DNA of 64,000 nucleotides. It comes from Thermoanaerobaculia bacterium (GTDB lineage: Bacteria > Acidobacteriota > Thermoanaerobaculia > Multivoradales > JAGPDF01). The stretch lies in NCBI GenBank assembly GCA_963719555.1, contig CAVRCL010000005.1, positions 332,969 to 396,968 of the forward strand. The letters run 5' to 3'. Position numbers and translations under genes: made by a program. This document shows, in pieces, positions 55,053-64,000 of the stretch. Below the pieces are notes generated by a model. The model worked only from the letters and a program-made list of their open reading frames with translations, had not been told where the DNA came from and searched no databases. Numbering within the stretch: position 1 is the stretch's first letter; the number at the start of each line of letters is the position of its first letter.

Positions 55053-56167
55053 AGACGATCGTCCTCGACAAGATCGCCTCGGTCACCAAGAGCGTCGGCC
55101 TGAAGCGCGAAGTGCGCCTGACGAAGGAGATCCCGTGCGAGGAGGGGATCGTCGTCGCGGTGCGCGTGCTCACCGACAAGAGCACCTACAACCAGATCGA
55201 GCTGCCCTCCGGCCGCATGGCGCAGGTCAAGCGCGGCGACATCGTGGCCGGCTGCCTCGGCCATCGGCACGCCCTCTTCGGCTACTCCGGGAAGATTCCG
55301 CAGCGCCTCGCCCCGGGCGACATCGTCCACCTGCTCAACCTCGGCGGCGTGCTGGGGATCTGCGACTCGGTGAATCCGGACCTCGGGAAGCCGTTCGAGT
55401 GCGAAGTGCTCGGCGCGGTGCTCTCCTTCCCGGTGCTGGGGGAGCGGATCGGGCGCCCGGCGCGGATCGGCGGCGAGCCGCTGCCGGCGGAGCCGCTCCT
55501 CGACTTGCAGGGCATCCCGGTCGTCGCCATGGTCGGCAGCTGCATGAACTGCGGCAAGACCGCCGCGGCCTGCGCCCTGGTGCGCGAGTTCGCCCACCAG
55601 GGTCTGCGCGTCGACGGCCTCAAGGCGACCGGCGTCTCGCTGCGGCGTGACATCCTGGCGCTCGAGGATGCCGGCGCGCGCGCCACGGCGATCTTCACCG
55701 ACCTCGGCGTGGTTTCGACCACGGCGAAGAACTCGGCGCAGGCGACGCGCATGCTGCTGACGAAGCTCGCGGCGCAGACCGCCCTCCCGGCGCATCGCGC
55801 CGACCTGATCGTCCTCGAGCTCGGTGACGGATTGTTGGGGGCCTACGGCGTCGACGCCATTCTGGGCGATCCCGAGCTGCGCTCCGCCTTCACGGCCGTC
55901 GTCCTGGCGGCGAACGATCCCGTCGCCGCCTGGGGAGGAATCGAGCTTCTGCGCCGGGACTACGGCATCGAGCCGGTAGCCGTGACCGGGCCGGCGACCG
56001 ACAACGCGGTTGGGGTGCGGCTGATCGAGGACCGCATGGGCGTGCCGGCAGCCAACGCCCGAACCTCGCCGGAGGCGCTCGCGGCGATGGTCTTCGCGCG
56101 CCTCGGAATCGACCGGACGAGGGCCGAACTGGCCACGCTCGTGGCCGCGCAGGAGGAGTCGCGGTGA
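55049..56167 (+). CDS. Uncharacterised 372-aa protein embedded in the arginine operon (P-loop-like GSCMNCGKT motif)
   Basis: ATGA overlap with the argG stop and GTGA overlap with the argC start. Clean ORF with normal codon and amino-acid usage. N-terminal ~165-aa domain (MKTIVLDKIASVTKSVGLKREVRL...), then VVAMVGSCMNCGKTAAACALVREFAHQGLRVDGLKATG. I recognise no confident family. Confidence 0.7.
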   Translation: MKTIVLDKIASVTKSVGLKREVRLTKEIPCEEGIVVAVRVLTDKSTYNQIELPSGRMAQVKRGDIVAGCLGHRHALFGYSGKIPQRLAPGDIVHLLNLGGVLGICDSVNPDLGKPFECEVLGAVLSFPVLGERIGRPARIGGEPLPAEPLLDLQGIPVVAMVGSCMNCGKTAAACALVREFAHQGLRVDGLKATGVSLRRDILALEDAGARATAIFTDLGVVSTTAKNSAQATRMLLTKLAAQTALPAHRADLIVLELGDGLLGAYGVDAILGDPELRSAFTAVVLAANDPVAAWGGIELLRRDYGIEPVAVTGPATDNAVGVRLIEDRMGVPAANARTSPEALAAMVFARLGIDRTRAELATLVAAQEESR

Positions 56168-57226
56168 GCCGACCGGTCCCGGTGATCGTGCTCGGTGGCT
56201 CGGGCTACGTCGCCGGCGAGGTGCGTGCGGCTGCTGACGCGGCATTCCGGCTTCGACCTCGCGGCGATCGTGTCGGAGAGCCGCGCCGGCGAGCCCGTCG
56301 TCGAGGCCTTCCCGCATCTCGCGGGAACGATCGATGGCTTGAGGTTCGTCGACTTCGAGGCGCTCACGGAGCGCTTCGCCGGCGAGGCGCGCGTCGCGCT
56401 GGTCTCGGCCGCGCCGCACGGCACCTCGGCGCCGCTGGTGGCGCGGGCGATGACGCTGGCAGCGAGCGCTGGCGTCGAGTTGACGGTCGTCGACCTGTCG
56501 GCGGACTTTCGTTTTAGCGACGCCGACCGCTACGCGGCAATCTATGGTTCTGCCCATCCCGCACCCGGGCTGCTCCCGCGCTTCGTGCGCGCCCTGCCGG
56601 AACACGCCCGGGCGGGAACGGCGAGCTGCGTCGCGCACCCGGGCTGTTTCACCACCGCGGTGCTGCTCGCGGTCGTGCCGCTGCTCGCGCGGGGGCTCGC
56701 CAAGGCGCGCTTCGCGGTGACCGCGATCACCGGCTCGACCGGCAGCGGGCGCGGACTCTCCGAGAAGACCCACCATCCGGCGCGGCGGAGCAACATCGCC
56801 GCCTACGCGCCGCTGGCCCATCGCCATGCGCCCGAGATGATGGCGCTAGCCGCCGCGGCCTCGGGTGTCCAGCCGGAGATCGACTTCGTGCCGCTCTCCG
56901 GGCCGCAGGCGCGCGGCATCTACGCCACGGTCCATGGACGGCTCGCTCGCCAGGCGAAGGCGGCCGAGATCGTCGCCGAGCTCACGGACTTCTACGCCGG
57001 GAGCCCGTTCGTGGCGGTCGCCGACACGGCGCCCGCACTCACCGACGTCGTCGGGACCAATCGCGCGCGGCTGGGTGTCGCCTGCGCCGGGCAGTCGATC
57101 GCCGTCACCGTGGCGATCGACAACCTGGTCAAGGGCGCCGCCGGCGGCGCCGTGCAGTGGCTCAACCGGATGCACGGTTTCGCCGAGACGACCGGCCTCG
57201 AAGCCGCGAGTCTGGGCTGGTTCTGA
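56164..57226 (+). CDS. argC: N-acetyl-gamma-glutamyl-phosphate reductase, with one frameshift at about 56224
   Basis: VSRPVPVIVLGGSGYVAGEV is in frame 1. VRLLTRHSGFDLAAIVSE...VDLSADFR...VAHPGCFTTAVLL (catalytic Cys) ...IDNLVKGAAG is in frame 2. Confidence 0.88.
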
Positions 57227-57242
57227 TGCGGGAGGCAAAGCG

Positions 57243-58454
57243 ATGATCTCGAGTCCGTTGGCGGCGGCAGGAAGAGGGCCGGGCAGGGAGGAGAGTGCGG
57301 GGCCGAGTGCCGCCGAGCTCGAGGCGCATTACCTTCTGCCGGTCTACAAGCACCTGCCCGTGGAGCCGGTGCGCGGCGAAGGCGTCTGGCTCGAAACGCA
57401 GGCGGGCCGCCGCATCCTCGATCTCTACGGTGGCCACGCCGTGGCGCTCCTGGGCTATGGTCATCCGCGGCTTCTCGCTGCCCTCGGGCAGCAGGCGCGC
57501 GAGCTTCACTTCCAGTCGAACGCGGTGCCCAACCGAGTGCGCGGGCAGGCCGCAGAAGCGCTGGTCGACTTCGCGCCCGACGGCCTCGAGCAGGCGTTCT
57601 TCGTCAACAGTGGCGCCGAAGCGAACGAGAATGCACTGCGGCTCGCCTTTCGCCGGACCGGGCGCCCCAAGGTGGTCGCGATCGAGGGCGGCTTTCACGG
57701 CCGCACCGCGGCGGCGGCGGCGGTCTCCTGGCGTTCGGAGCGCTGGTACGGCTTCCCGGCGAAGCCGTTCGATGTCGAGTTCGTGCCGCGCGGCGACTTC
57801 GGAATGCTCGAGCAGGCGATCGACGAGACGACGGCCGCGCTCATTCTCGAGCCGGTCCAGGGTCTGGCCGGCGCCTATCCGTTGGGACGTGACTATCTCG
57901 ACGCCGCTCGCGAGGCGACCACCCGGGCGGGCGCCCTGTTGATCTTCGACGAGGTTCAATGCGGTCTCGGGCGATGCGGCGCGCCCTTCGTGGCACGGCT
58001 CCATGGCGTGACGCCCGACATCCTCACCGTCGGCAAGGGTCTGGCAGGCGGGTTGCCGGCGGCTGCCCTGCTCGTCCGGCCGGAGGCCATGCCGGCGCTC
58101 GCCGCCGGCGACCTCGGCACCACCTTCGGCGGCGGCCCGCTCGTTAGTGCGGCGATCGTAGCGACGCTCGGCGCGCTCACCGAAGAGGGGCTCATGCCGC
58201 GGGTGCGAGTCGTCTCGCGGGCGCTCTTCGCCCTCGCCGGACGCGGGCCGGTGGTGAGCGTGCAGGGGGAAGGACTCCTCATCGGCCTGCGCACCCGGCG
58301 CCCGGCGAAGGAGATCCAGGCCGAGCTCCTGGCGCGCGACATCCTCGTCGGCACGAGCGACGATCCGTTCGTGGTGCGGTTGCTGCCGCCCCTCGTCCTC
58401 GGTCTCGAGCATGTGGCGCTCCTCGCCTCCGCGCTCGCGGAGCTCGCGCCGTGA
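57243..58454 (+). CDS. argD: Acetylornithine-type (class III) aminotransferase
   Basis: LDLYGGHAVALLGYGHP, NSGAEANE, GFHGRT, LIFDEVQCGLGRCG, DILTVGKGLAGG (PLP lysine). Confidence 0.88.
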   Translation: MISSPLAAAGRGPGREESAGPSAAELEAHYLLPVYKHLPVEPVRGEGVWLETQAGRRILDLYGGHAVALLGYGHPRLLAALGQQARELHFQSNAVPNRVRGQAAEALVDFAPDGLEQAFFVNSGAEANENALRLAFRRTGRPKVVAIEGGFHGRTAAAAAVSWRSERWYGFPAKPFDVEFVPRGDFGMLEQAIDETTAALILEPVQGLAGAYPLGRDYLDAAREATTRAGALLIFDEVQCGLGRCGAPFVARLHGVTPDILTVGKGLAGGLPAAALLVRPEAMPALAAGDLGTTFGGGPLVSAAIVATLGALTEEGLMPRVRVVSRALFALAGRGPVVSVQGEGLLIGLRTRRPAKEIQAELLARDILVGTSDDPFVVRLLPPLVLGLEHVALLASALAELAP

Positions 58455-59500
58455 AGCGTTTGCTGAGCCTGGCGGAGCTGCCGCGCGAAGAGGTGGTCGA
58501 CCTCCTCGCCCTGGCCGCGCGACTCGAATCGGAGGGCGATCCGCAGGCGCTCGCTGGAAAGATTCTCGGTCTGCTCTTCTTCAACCCGTCGTTGCGCACC
58601 CTCGCCTCGATGCAAGCGGCGATGGCGCGGCTCGGCGGGACGAGCTTCGTCGTGACGCCCGGGAGCTCCTCCTGGAAGCTCGAGACCGCCCCCGGAGTGA
58701 TCATGGACGGCGAAGCCTCGGAGCATGTGCGCGAAGCGATCCCGGTGCTCGCCGGCTACGCCGACGTACTCGGTGTGCGCGCCTTCGCCTCCGGCCACCA
58801 CCTCGCTGCCGATCTCGCCGACACGAACTTCCGGGCGATCGCGGCGCTCTCGCCGAAGCCGCTGGTCAACCTCGAGTCGGCGATCGATCATCCCTGCCAG
58901 GCACTCGCCGACTGGAAAACGCTCGATGAGCTCGGCGTCGCGCGCCACGGCAAGCTAGTTCTCTCGTGGGCGAACCACCCCAGGCCGCTGCCGCTGGCGG
59001 TGCCAGCCGCGGTCCTGCGGATGGCGGCGCAGCGGGGCATGGAGGTGGTGGTGCTGCGCCCGGAAGAGTATGCGCTGCCCGAACCGCTCCTCGCCGAGGC
59101 ACGGACGCTCGCCGCAGGCTCCGGCGGCAGCGTCCGCGAGACCGCCGAGCGCGACGCGGCGCTCGCGGGCGCGGCCGTCCTCTACGCCAAGTCGTGGTCT
59201 TCCGCGGCGCACTACGGCGACGCGGCGAAGGAGCGCGAGCTCCGTGGCGGGCTAGCGAGCTGGTGCGTCGAGGAGAGCTGGTTCGCGACCGCGCCCGATG
59301 CCCGCTTCATGCACTGCCTGCCCGTGCGGCGCAACGTCGTCGTCGCCGACGCCGTGCTCGACTCGCCCAGGAGCGTCGTGGTGCGTCAGGCGCACAACCG
59401 GCTCTGGGCGCAGATGGCGGTGTTGCATCGCCTGCTCGCCGGCGAGAGCCGGAGAGCGCTTTCCGCCGACAGAACGATTTCCTCGAAGGAGATGCGATGA
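58451..59500 (+). CDS. argF': N-acyl-L-ornithine carbamoyltransferase (ArgF' type: AOTCase/SOTCase family)
   Basis: LLFFNPSLRTLASM replaces the STRTR motif of classical OTCase. Also SWKLETAPGVIMDGEASEHVREAIPVLAGYADVLGVRAF, HPCQALAD, LYAKSW, MHCLPVRRNV. As I remember it, this pattern matches Xanthomonas/Bacteroides ArgF' rather than OTCase. Confidence 0.8.
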   Translation: MKRLLSLAELPREEVVDLLALAARLESEGDPQALAGKILGLLFFNPSLRTLASMQAAMARLGGTSFVVTPGSSSWKLETAPGVIMDGEASEHVREAIPVLAGYADVLGVRAFASGHHLAADLADTNFRAIAALSPKPLVNLESAIDHPCQALADWKTLDELGVARHGKLVLSWANHPRPLPLAVPAAVLRMAAQRGMEVVVLRPEEYALPEPLLAEARTLAAGSGGSVRETAERDAALAGAAVLYAKSWSSAAHYGDAAKERELRGGLASWCVEESWFATAPDARFMHCLPVRRNVVVADAVLDSPRSVVVRQAHNRLWAQMAVLHRLLAGESRRALSADRTISSKEMR

Positions 59501-60450
59501 AAGACGTCGGACAGCGCAGCGACCGGATGACCGAAGTGGCGGGGCTGAAGCATGCGCTGCCTTACCTCCGCCTCTTCCAGGGCAAGACCTTCGTAGTCAA
59601 GCTCTCGGGCGAGGCGATCGAGGAAGAGGGGCGCCTGGTGCTCTTCCTCGAGCAGATCGAGGTCCTGCACCGCCTCGGCATCCGCGTCGTGCTGGTGCAC
59701 GGCGGCGGCCCGCAGACGACCGCGCTCGCCTCCCGCCTCGGGCTGGCGACGCAGAAGATCGACGGCCGGCGGGTGACCGACGCCGCGACCCTCGAAGCGG
59801 CGGTCATGGCGATGGCCGGCAAGGTCAACACCGCGCTCCTCGCCATCTGCCGCCGCGCAGGCGTCGCGGCGGTCGGCCTCTCCGGGGTCGATGCCGATCT
59901 CATCGAGGCGCGCAAGCGTCCGCCTGTGCCCGCCGGAGATGCGGCTGCGCAGGCGGTCGATTTCGGCTTCGTCGGCGACGTCGTGACGGTGAATCCGCGC
60001 GTCGTGCAGAAGCTCCTCGACGACGGCTACGTGCCGGTCGTCGCGCCGCTCGCCGCCGACGCGCAAGGAGCGATCCTCAATGTCAACGCCGATACCATCG
60101 CCGCCGAGCTCGCGGTGGCGCTCGGGGCCGAGAAGCTCCTCTTTGCGGTGGCGGTCCCGGGCCTCCTCGAGCGGGCCGACGATCCGCGCTCGCTGGTCTC
60201 GCTGATCGATCTCCCGGGGCTGGCGGGACTCGACGCCAGGGGCGCGCTCACCGGCGGCATGCTCCCCAAGTCGCGGGCGATCGTGCGCGCACTCGAGGGC
60301 GGCGTGCCGCGCGTTCACCTCGTGCCGTTCGCGACCCCGGACGCGCTCCTCGCGGAGCTCTTCACCAATGAAGGGATCGGCACGCTGGTGGTGCCCTCGA
60401 TGCCCGCGCTCGCGGCGGCGCCGGAGTTCCTGCCGGTGATCGGGGCGTGA
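59497..60450 (+). CDS. argB: Acetylglutamate kinase
   Basis: GKTFVVKLSGEAI, VVLVHGGGPQ, ILNVNADTIAAELA, GGMLPK. Confidence 0.92.
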   Translation: MKDVGQRSDRMTEVAGLKHALPYLRLFQGKTFVVKLSGEAIEEEGRLVLFLEQIEVLHRLGIRVVLVHGGGPQTTALASRLGLATQKIDGRRVTDAATLEAAVMAMAGKVNTALLAICRRAGVAAVGLSGVDADLIEARKRPPVPAGDAAAQAVDFGFVGDVVTVNPRVVQKLLDDGYVPVVAPLAADAQGAILNVNADTIAAELAVALGAEKLLFAVAVPGLLERADDPRSLVSLIDLPGLAGLDARGALTGGMLPKSRAIVRALEGGVPRVHLVPFATPDALLAELFTNEGIGTLVVPSMPALAAAPEFLPVIGA

Positions 60451-61562
60451 GACTCGAGCGCGCGGCGCTGCTGGCGCTGCATCGCGAGCTGGTCGCGACA
60501 CCGTCGGTTTCCGGCGACGAAGTCGCGATCGTTTCGCTGTTGGCTTCTTTTTTCGAAGGTCAAGGCGCGACGATCGAGCGTGTAGGAGGCAGTCTCGTGG
60601 CCTGGGCAGGAAAGGCTCCGGTAAAGGGAGACATGGAGGGCGCGCCGCTGGTGGTGTTGAACACGCATGTCGACACCGTGCCGCCTGCGCCGGGGTGGAC
60701 GCGGGAGCCGCATCAGGCGTCGAGCGCCGAAGGCAAGGTCTTCGGGCTGGGTGCGAACGACGCCAAGGCCTCGGTGGCGGCGATGACGGCCGCCTTTCTT
60801 GCGGTTTCCGGCGTCGACTTGCCGTTTGCCCTGGCGTTGACGCTGGTGCGCGGGGAGGAGACCCGGAGCGTCGGGACGGCGGAGGTCGTCGAGGAGCTCG
60901 CGCGGCGCGGTCTCGTGCCGAGCCTGGCGATCGTCGGCGAGCCCACCGGGCTCGACCTCGCGGTGGCGCAGAAGGGGCTGCTGGTCCTCGAGCTCGTGGC
61001 GCGCGGCGAGGCGGCGCACGCCGCCCATTCACGGACACTCGGCGCGCGCAACGCCATCGTCGGCCTGGCGCGCGATCTTACCGCGATTGCCGCATTGCCC
61101 AACGGCCCGCTCGATCCGTACCTCGGGCACGCCACCGTGGAGCCGACGGTCGTCGCGGGTGGTTCGGCGAGGAACGTCGTGCCGGCCGAGGCGCGCGCCG
61201 TGCTCGACTGCCGCACCGTGCCGGCCGAATCCCCGGCCGAGCTGCTCGCGCGTCTGCGCGGCGTGGTGGAGAGCGAGCTGGTCGTCCTCTCCGACCGGCT
61301 GGTGCCGGTGGCGACCGACGCCTCGTCGGCGCTCGTCGCCGCCGCGCTTCGGGCGCGCCCCGAAGCCCGTCTCTACGGCTCGGCGACGCTCTCCGATCTG
61401 ACCTTCTTCCGCGGCATCCCGGCGGTGAAGGTCGGCCCGGGGCAGAGCGAGCGCTCGCACCGGCCGGACGAGTTCGTGCTGGAGCAGGAGATCGTCGACG
61501 GGGCGGAGTTCTACGAACGGCTGTTGATCGAAATCGCGCAGGGAATGCGGAGCGCCACATGA
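60447..61562 (+). CDS. M20-family deacylase (ArgE-like; expected N-acyl-citrulline/ornithine deacylase)
   Basis: LNTHVDTVP, GLGANDAKASVAAM, LVRGEETRS and SERSHRPDEF are typical ArgE/DapE metal-ligand contexts. Confidence 0.8.
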   Translation: MRLERAALLALHRELVATPSVSGDEVAIVSLLASFFEGQGATIERVGGSLVAWAGKAPVKGDMEGAPLVVLNTHVDTVPPAPGWTREPHQASSAEGKVFGLGANDAKASVAAMTAAFLAVSGVDLPFALALTLVRGEETRSVGTAEVVEELARRGLVPSLAIVGEPTGLDLAVAQKGLLVLELVARGEAAHAAHSRTLGARNAIVGLARDLTAIAALPNGPLDPYLGHATVEPTVVAGGSARNVVPAEARAVLDCRTVPAESPAELLARLRGVVESELVVLSDRLVPVATDASSALVAAALRARPEARLYGSATLSDLTFFRGIPAVKVGPGQSERSHRPDEFVLEQEIVDGAEFYERLLIEIAQGMRSAT

Positions 61563-62752
61563 GTCGTCTCTGGGACAAGGGCAAGCCGCTCGACGAGCAG
61601 GTGCTTGCCTACACCGCCGGCGAAGACGCGCTGTTCGACAATCGCCTGGTCGCGTGCGACGTCCGGGCGTCAATCGCGCACGCCGCGATGCTGCGCGATC
61701 AGGGGCTATTGGCGACCGCCGACTTCGCCGCGATCGCAGCCGGCCTCACCGCGCTCGCGGCCGAGCACGCGCAGGGCCTCTGGCGGGTCGAGCTCGCCGA
61801 CGAGGACGTGCATACGGCGCTCGAGCGCCGCTTGACCGAGCGCATCGGCGAAGCGGGCGGGCGGGTCCACCTCGGGCGGTCGCGCAACGACCAGGTGCTC
61901 GCGGCGCTGCGTCTCTGGATGAAGGACGAGGTCGCCGCCCTCGCCGCCGGCGCCCGCGCGGTCGCCGCGGCGTTGGGCGAGGTCGCGGCGCAGCACGCGG
62001 CGCTCGCCCTGTCCGGTTACACCCATCTCCAGCCGGCGATGCCCTCTTCGGTGGCGCTCTGGGCCGGCGGCTTCGCGGCCGCGCTCGAGGACGACGCGCA
62101 GGGGCTCGAAGGGTGTCTGCGTCGCATCGACCAGAACCCGCTCGGCTCGGCGGCTGGCTACGGCACCCCGGGTCTCGCGATCGATCGCGAAGCCACCCGC
62201 AAGGCGCTCGGTTTCGCGACCACCCAGGAGCCGGTCACCGCCGTGCAGCTCGCCCGCGGCAAGGCCGAGGCCCAGCTCCTGTTCGAGATCCATCTGCTGT
62301 TGAGCGACTGCGGAAGAGTGGCGTCCGACCTCGTGCTCTTCGCAACGCGCGAGTTCGCTTTCGTCGAGCTGCCGGAGGAGATGACCACCGGCAGCTCGAT
62401 CATGCCGCAGAAGCGAAACCCCGACCTTTTCGAGCTCGTCCGCGGCCGCGGCGCCACGACCCTGGGCCTGCTCGTCGAAGCCCTGGCGATCCCCGCCAAA
62501 CTCCCCTCCGGCTACCACCGCGACCTGCAACTCCTGAAAGCCCCGCTGTTCAAGGCCTGCGACCTCGCCCGCGCCACGACCGAGCTCCTGGCCTCGACCC
62601 TCCCCCGCCTGCGCTTCCTGGCGAAAGCCGGTGACCTTCCGCCCGAGCTGTTCGCGGCCGAGGAGGCCAACCGGCTGGTGGTGGCCGAAGGGATCCCCTT
62701 CCGCGAGGCCTATCGGCGGGTGGCAGCGGGTATCGCCGCCAGGCGCGACTGA
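61559..62752 (+). CDS. argH: Argininosuccinate lyase (short form)
   Basis: GRSRNDQV, GYTHLQPAMP and TGSSIMPQKRNPDLFE signatures. Confidence 0.92.
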   Translation: MSRLWDKGKPLDEQVLAYTAGEDALFDNRLVACDVRASIAHAAMLRDQGLLATADFAAIAAGLTALAAEHAQGLWRVELADEDVHTALERRLTERIGEAGGRVHLGRSRNDQVLAALRLWMKDEVAALAAGARAVAAALGEVAAQHAALALSGYTHLQPAMPSSVALWAGGFAAALEDDAQGLEGCLRRIDQNPLGSAAGYGTPGLAIDREATRKALGFATTQEPVTAVQLARGKAEAQLLFEIHLLLSDCGRVASDLVLFATREFAFVELPEEMTTGSSIMPQKRNPDLFELVRGRGATTLGLLVEALAIPAKLPSGYHRDLQLLKAPLFKACDLARATTELLASTLPRLRFLAKAGDLPPELFAAEEANRLVVAEGIPFREAYRRVAAGIAARRD

Positions 62753-62787
62753 CCGCGAATCCGGCATCGGTCGACGAAGCGGGGGCA

Positions 62788-62815
62788 GCGAAACGGCGCC
62801 CGACCCCCGTTTCGC
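62788..62815 (+). terminator. Hairpin after argH (no T-run)
   Basis: gcgaaacgg (62788-62796), 10-nt loop, ccgtttcgc (62807-62815). Confidence 0.3.
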
Positions 62816-62828
62816 GAGATAATGCTTT

Positions 62829-64000
62829 GTGACCGTCAGTTCCTCCTCCCGTCCGCTGCTCCTCTCCTGTGAGGGGGTGTCGCACCAGTTCGGTGCGCGC
62901 CCGCTGTTCAGGGATCTTTCGTTTGGACTCTTTCAGGGCGACCGGGTGGGGCTCATCGGCCCCAACGGCTCGGGCAAGTCCACCCTGCTGCGCATCCTCG
63001 CCGGGCGCCTCGAGCCCGATCATGGCCAGCTGTCGCTGAAGAAGGGGGTCCGGGTCGGTTACGTCGAGCAGGACAACCGCTTTCCGGCCGCAGCGACTTC
63101 GGAGGAGGCGGTCATCGCGGCGCTCGCCGGCGAGCCGCTCGAGGAGTACGAGAAGGAGGCGCGCGCCGCGCGCACCCTCGGCCGGCTCGGCTTCCGCGAT
63201 CGCAGCGAGCGCGAGCTGCCGGTCGGCGCCCTCTCCGGCGGCTGGAAGAAGCGCCTGGCGATCGCCTGCGAGGTCGCCCGCGAGCCCGACCTGCTGCTCC
63301 TCGACGAGCCGACCAACCATCTCGACCTCGAGGGGATCCTCGAGCTCGAGGAGCTGCTGGTGGAGGCGGCGCAGGCGTTCGTCGTCGTCTCGCACGACCG
63401 CTACTTCCTCGAGAATGTCTCCCGCCGCATGCTCGAGCTCGACCGCGTCTACCCGGAAGGGATCCTCTCCGTCGACGGCACCTATAGCGACCTGCTGGTG
63501 AGACGCGACGAGGTGCTCAAGAACCAGAAGGACTACGAGGAGGCGCTCGCCAACCGGGCGCGGATCGAGGTCGACTGGCTGCGCCGGGGTCCGAAGGCCC
63601 GCACCACGAAGTCGAAAGCCCGCATCGACCGCGCGAACGATCTCCTGGGCGAGCTCGCCGACGTCCGTGGTCGCGCCACCGGGCCGCGCGCCGGCATCGA
63701 CTTCAAGGCTTCGGGCCGCGGCACCAAGCGCCTCCTGGAAGCCAAGGGGATCGCCAAGGCGTTCGACGGCCGCACGATCTTTTCCGGGGTGGACCTCCTG
63801 CTCGGCCCGGGCACCCGGCTCGGGCTCCTCGGCCTGAACGGCAGTGGCAAGACGACGCTTCTCTCACTGCTCGACGGCACTCTGGCGCCCGACGCCGGCG
63901 AGATCGAGCGCGCCCCGTTCCTGCGGATGATCCGCTTCGAGCAGGGGCGCGAGACGCTCGACCGCAAGGTCACCCTGCGCCGCGCGCTAGCGCCCGACAG
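62829..64000 (+). CDS. ABC-F family ATPase (tandem ABC domains, no TM segments), 3'-truncated by the window edge
   Basis: The frame from GTG 62829 stays open to the window end. GLIGPNGSGKSTLLR, LSGGWKKRLAIA and LLLLDEPTNHLD, then linker ARIEVDWLRRGPKARTTKSKARI, then a second Walker A GLLGLNGSGKTTLL. Confidence 0.85.
   Translation, partial: MTVSSSSRPLLLSCEGVSHQFGARPLFRDLSFGLFQGDRVGLIGPNGSGKSTLLRILAGRLEPDHGQLSLKKGVRVGYVEQDNRFPAAATSEEAVIAALAGEPLEEYEKEARAARTLGRLGFRDRSERELPVGALSGGWKKRLAIACEVAREPDLLLLDEPTNHLDLEGILELEELLVEAAQAFVVVSHDRYFLENVSRRMLELDRVYPEGILSVDGTYSDLLVRRDEVLKNQKDYEEALANRARIEVDWLRRGPKARTTKSKARIDRANDLLGELADVRGRATGPRAGIDFKASGRGTKRLLEAKGIAKAFDGRTIFSGVDLLLGPGTRLGLLGLNGSGKTTLLSLLDGTLAPDAGEIERAPFLRMIRFEQGRETLDRKVTLRRALAPD

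Noticed and set aside
54305-56827. 840-aa minus-strand ORF across argG, X and argC.
   Set aside because: It is a shadow ORF. The plus-strand genes are coupled and carry arg enzyme motifs. I checked that gene X is not itself merely a shadow. Its frame has balanced composition (Lys, Ile, Asn and Cys present) and exact start-stop couplings.

Overview
This is a dense, roughly 70 % GC chromosomal segment of about 60 genes. It looks Acidobacteriota-like, based on a VWFA-type acidobacterial domain protein, an ECF-sigma/Ser-Thr-kinase module and many secreted beta-propeller proteins; that taxon call is inference only.

Gene content, left to right:
- Two secreted repeat proteins, then mrdA-rodA.
- A lower-GC stretch of about 2.6 kb (hand counts of single 60-nt lines give about 55-58 % against about 70 % nearby). 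It holds a HEPN-like ORF and decayed, frame-broken genes.
- RNase G, then an LPS-kinase-like gene and a glycoside-hydrolase-like gene.
- A GAF histidine kinase with a NarL-type regulator.
- Three tandem paralogous FG-GAP propeller genes of about 715 aa that share an identical C-terminal tail.
- htrA, a Doc/AbrB toxin-antitoxin pair, and Wzm/Wzt polysaccharide export followed by a DUF3467 gene.
- An EEP nuclease/phosphatase.
- A co-directional minus-strand string: COG1579, yggS, yggT, divIVA, an AbiEii-like pair, hutI and FKBP.
- tRNA-Met, an Slt-type lytic transglycosylase, rpsU and mutS2.
- An ECF sigma factor with two TPR Ser/Thr kinases, then dnaG-rpoD and tRNA-Asn.
- DUF1579 and VWA genes.
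- A nine-gene arginine operon (argR-argG-X-argC-argD-argF'-argB-M20-argH) of the N-acyl-citrulline type, containing one unrecognisable gene (X).
- A 3'-truncated ABC-F ATPase.

I found no CRISPR array, rRNA, transposase, integrase or reverse transcriptase.

The best candidates for something new are:
- Gene X, embedded in the arg operon.
- The triplicated FG-GAP operon and its conserved C-terminal tag.
- The low-GC HEPN-containing islet.
- The ECF-sigma/double-kinase module.
- Three short 'echo' duplications of gene ends or junctions.

At least a dozen frame disruptions interrupt otherwise conserved genes (rng, wzt, argC and others). They may be assembly indels.

Every family call rests on motifs I read by eye. 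Start codons are approximate, and no database search was possible.
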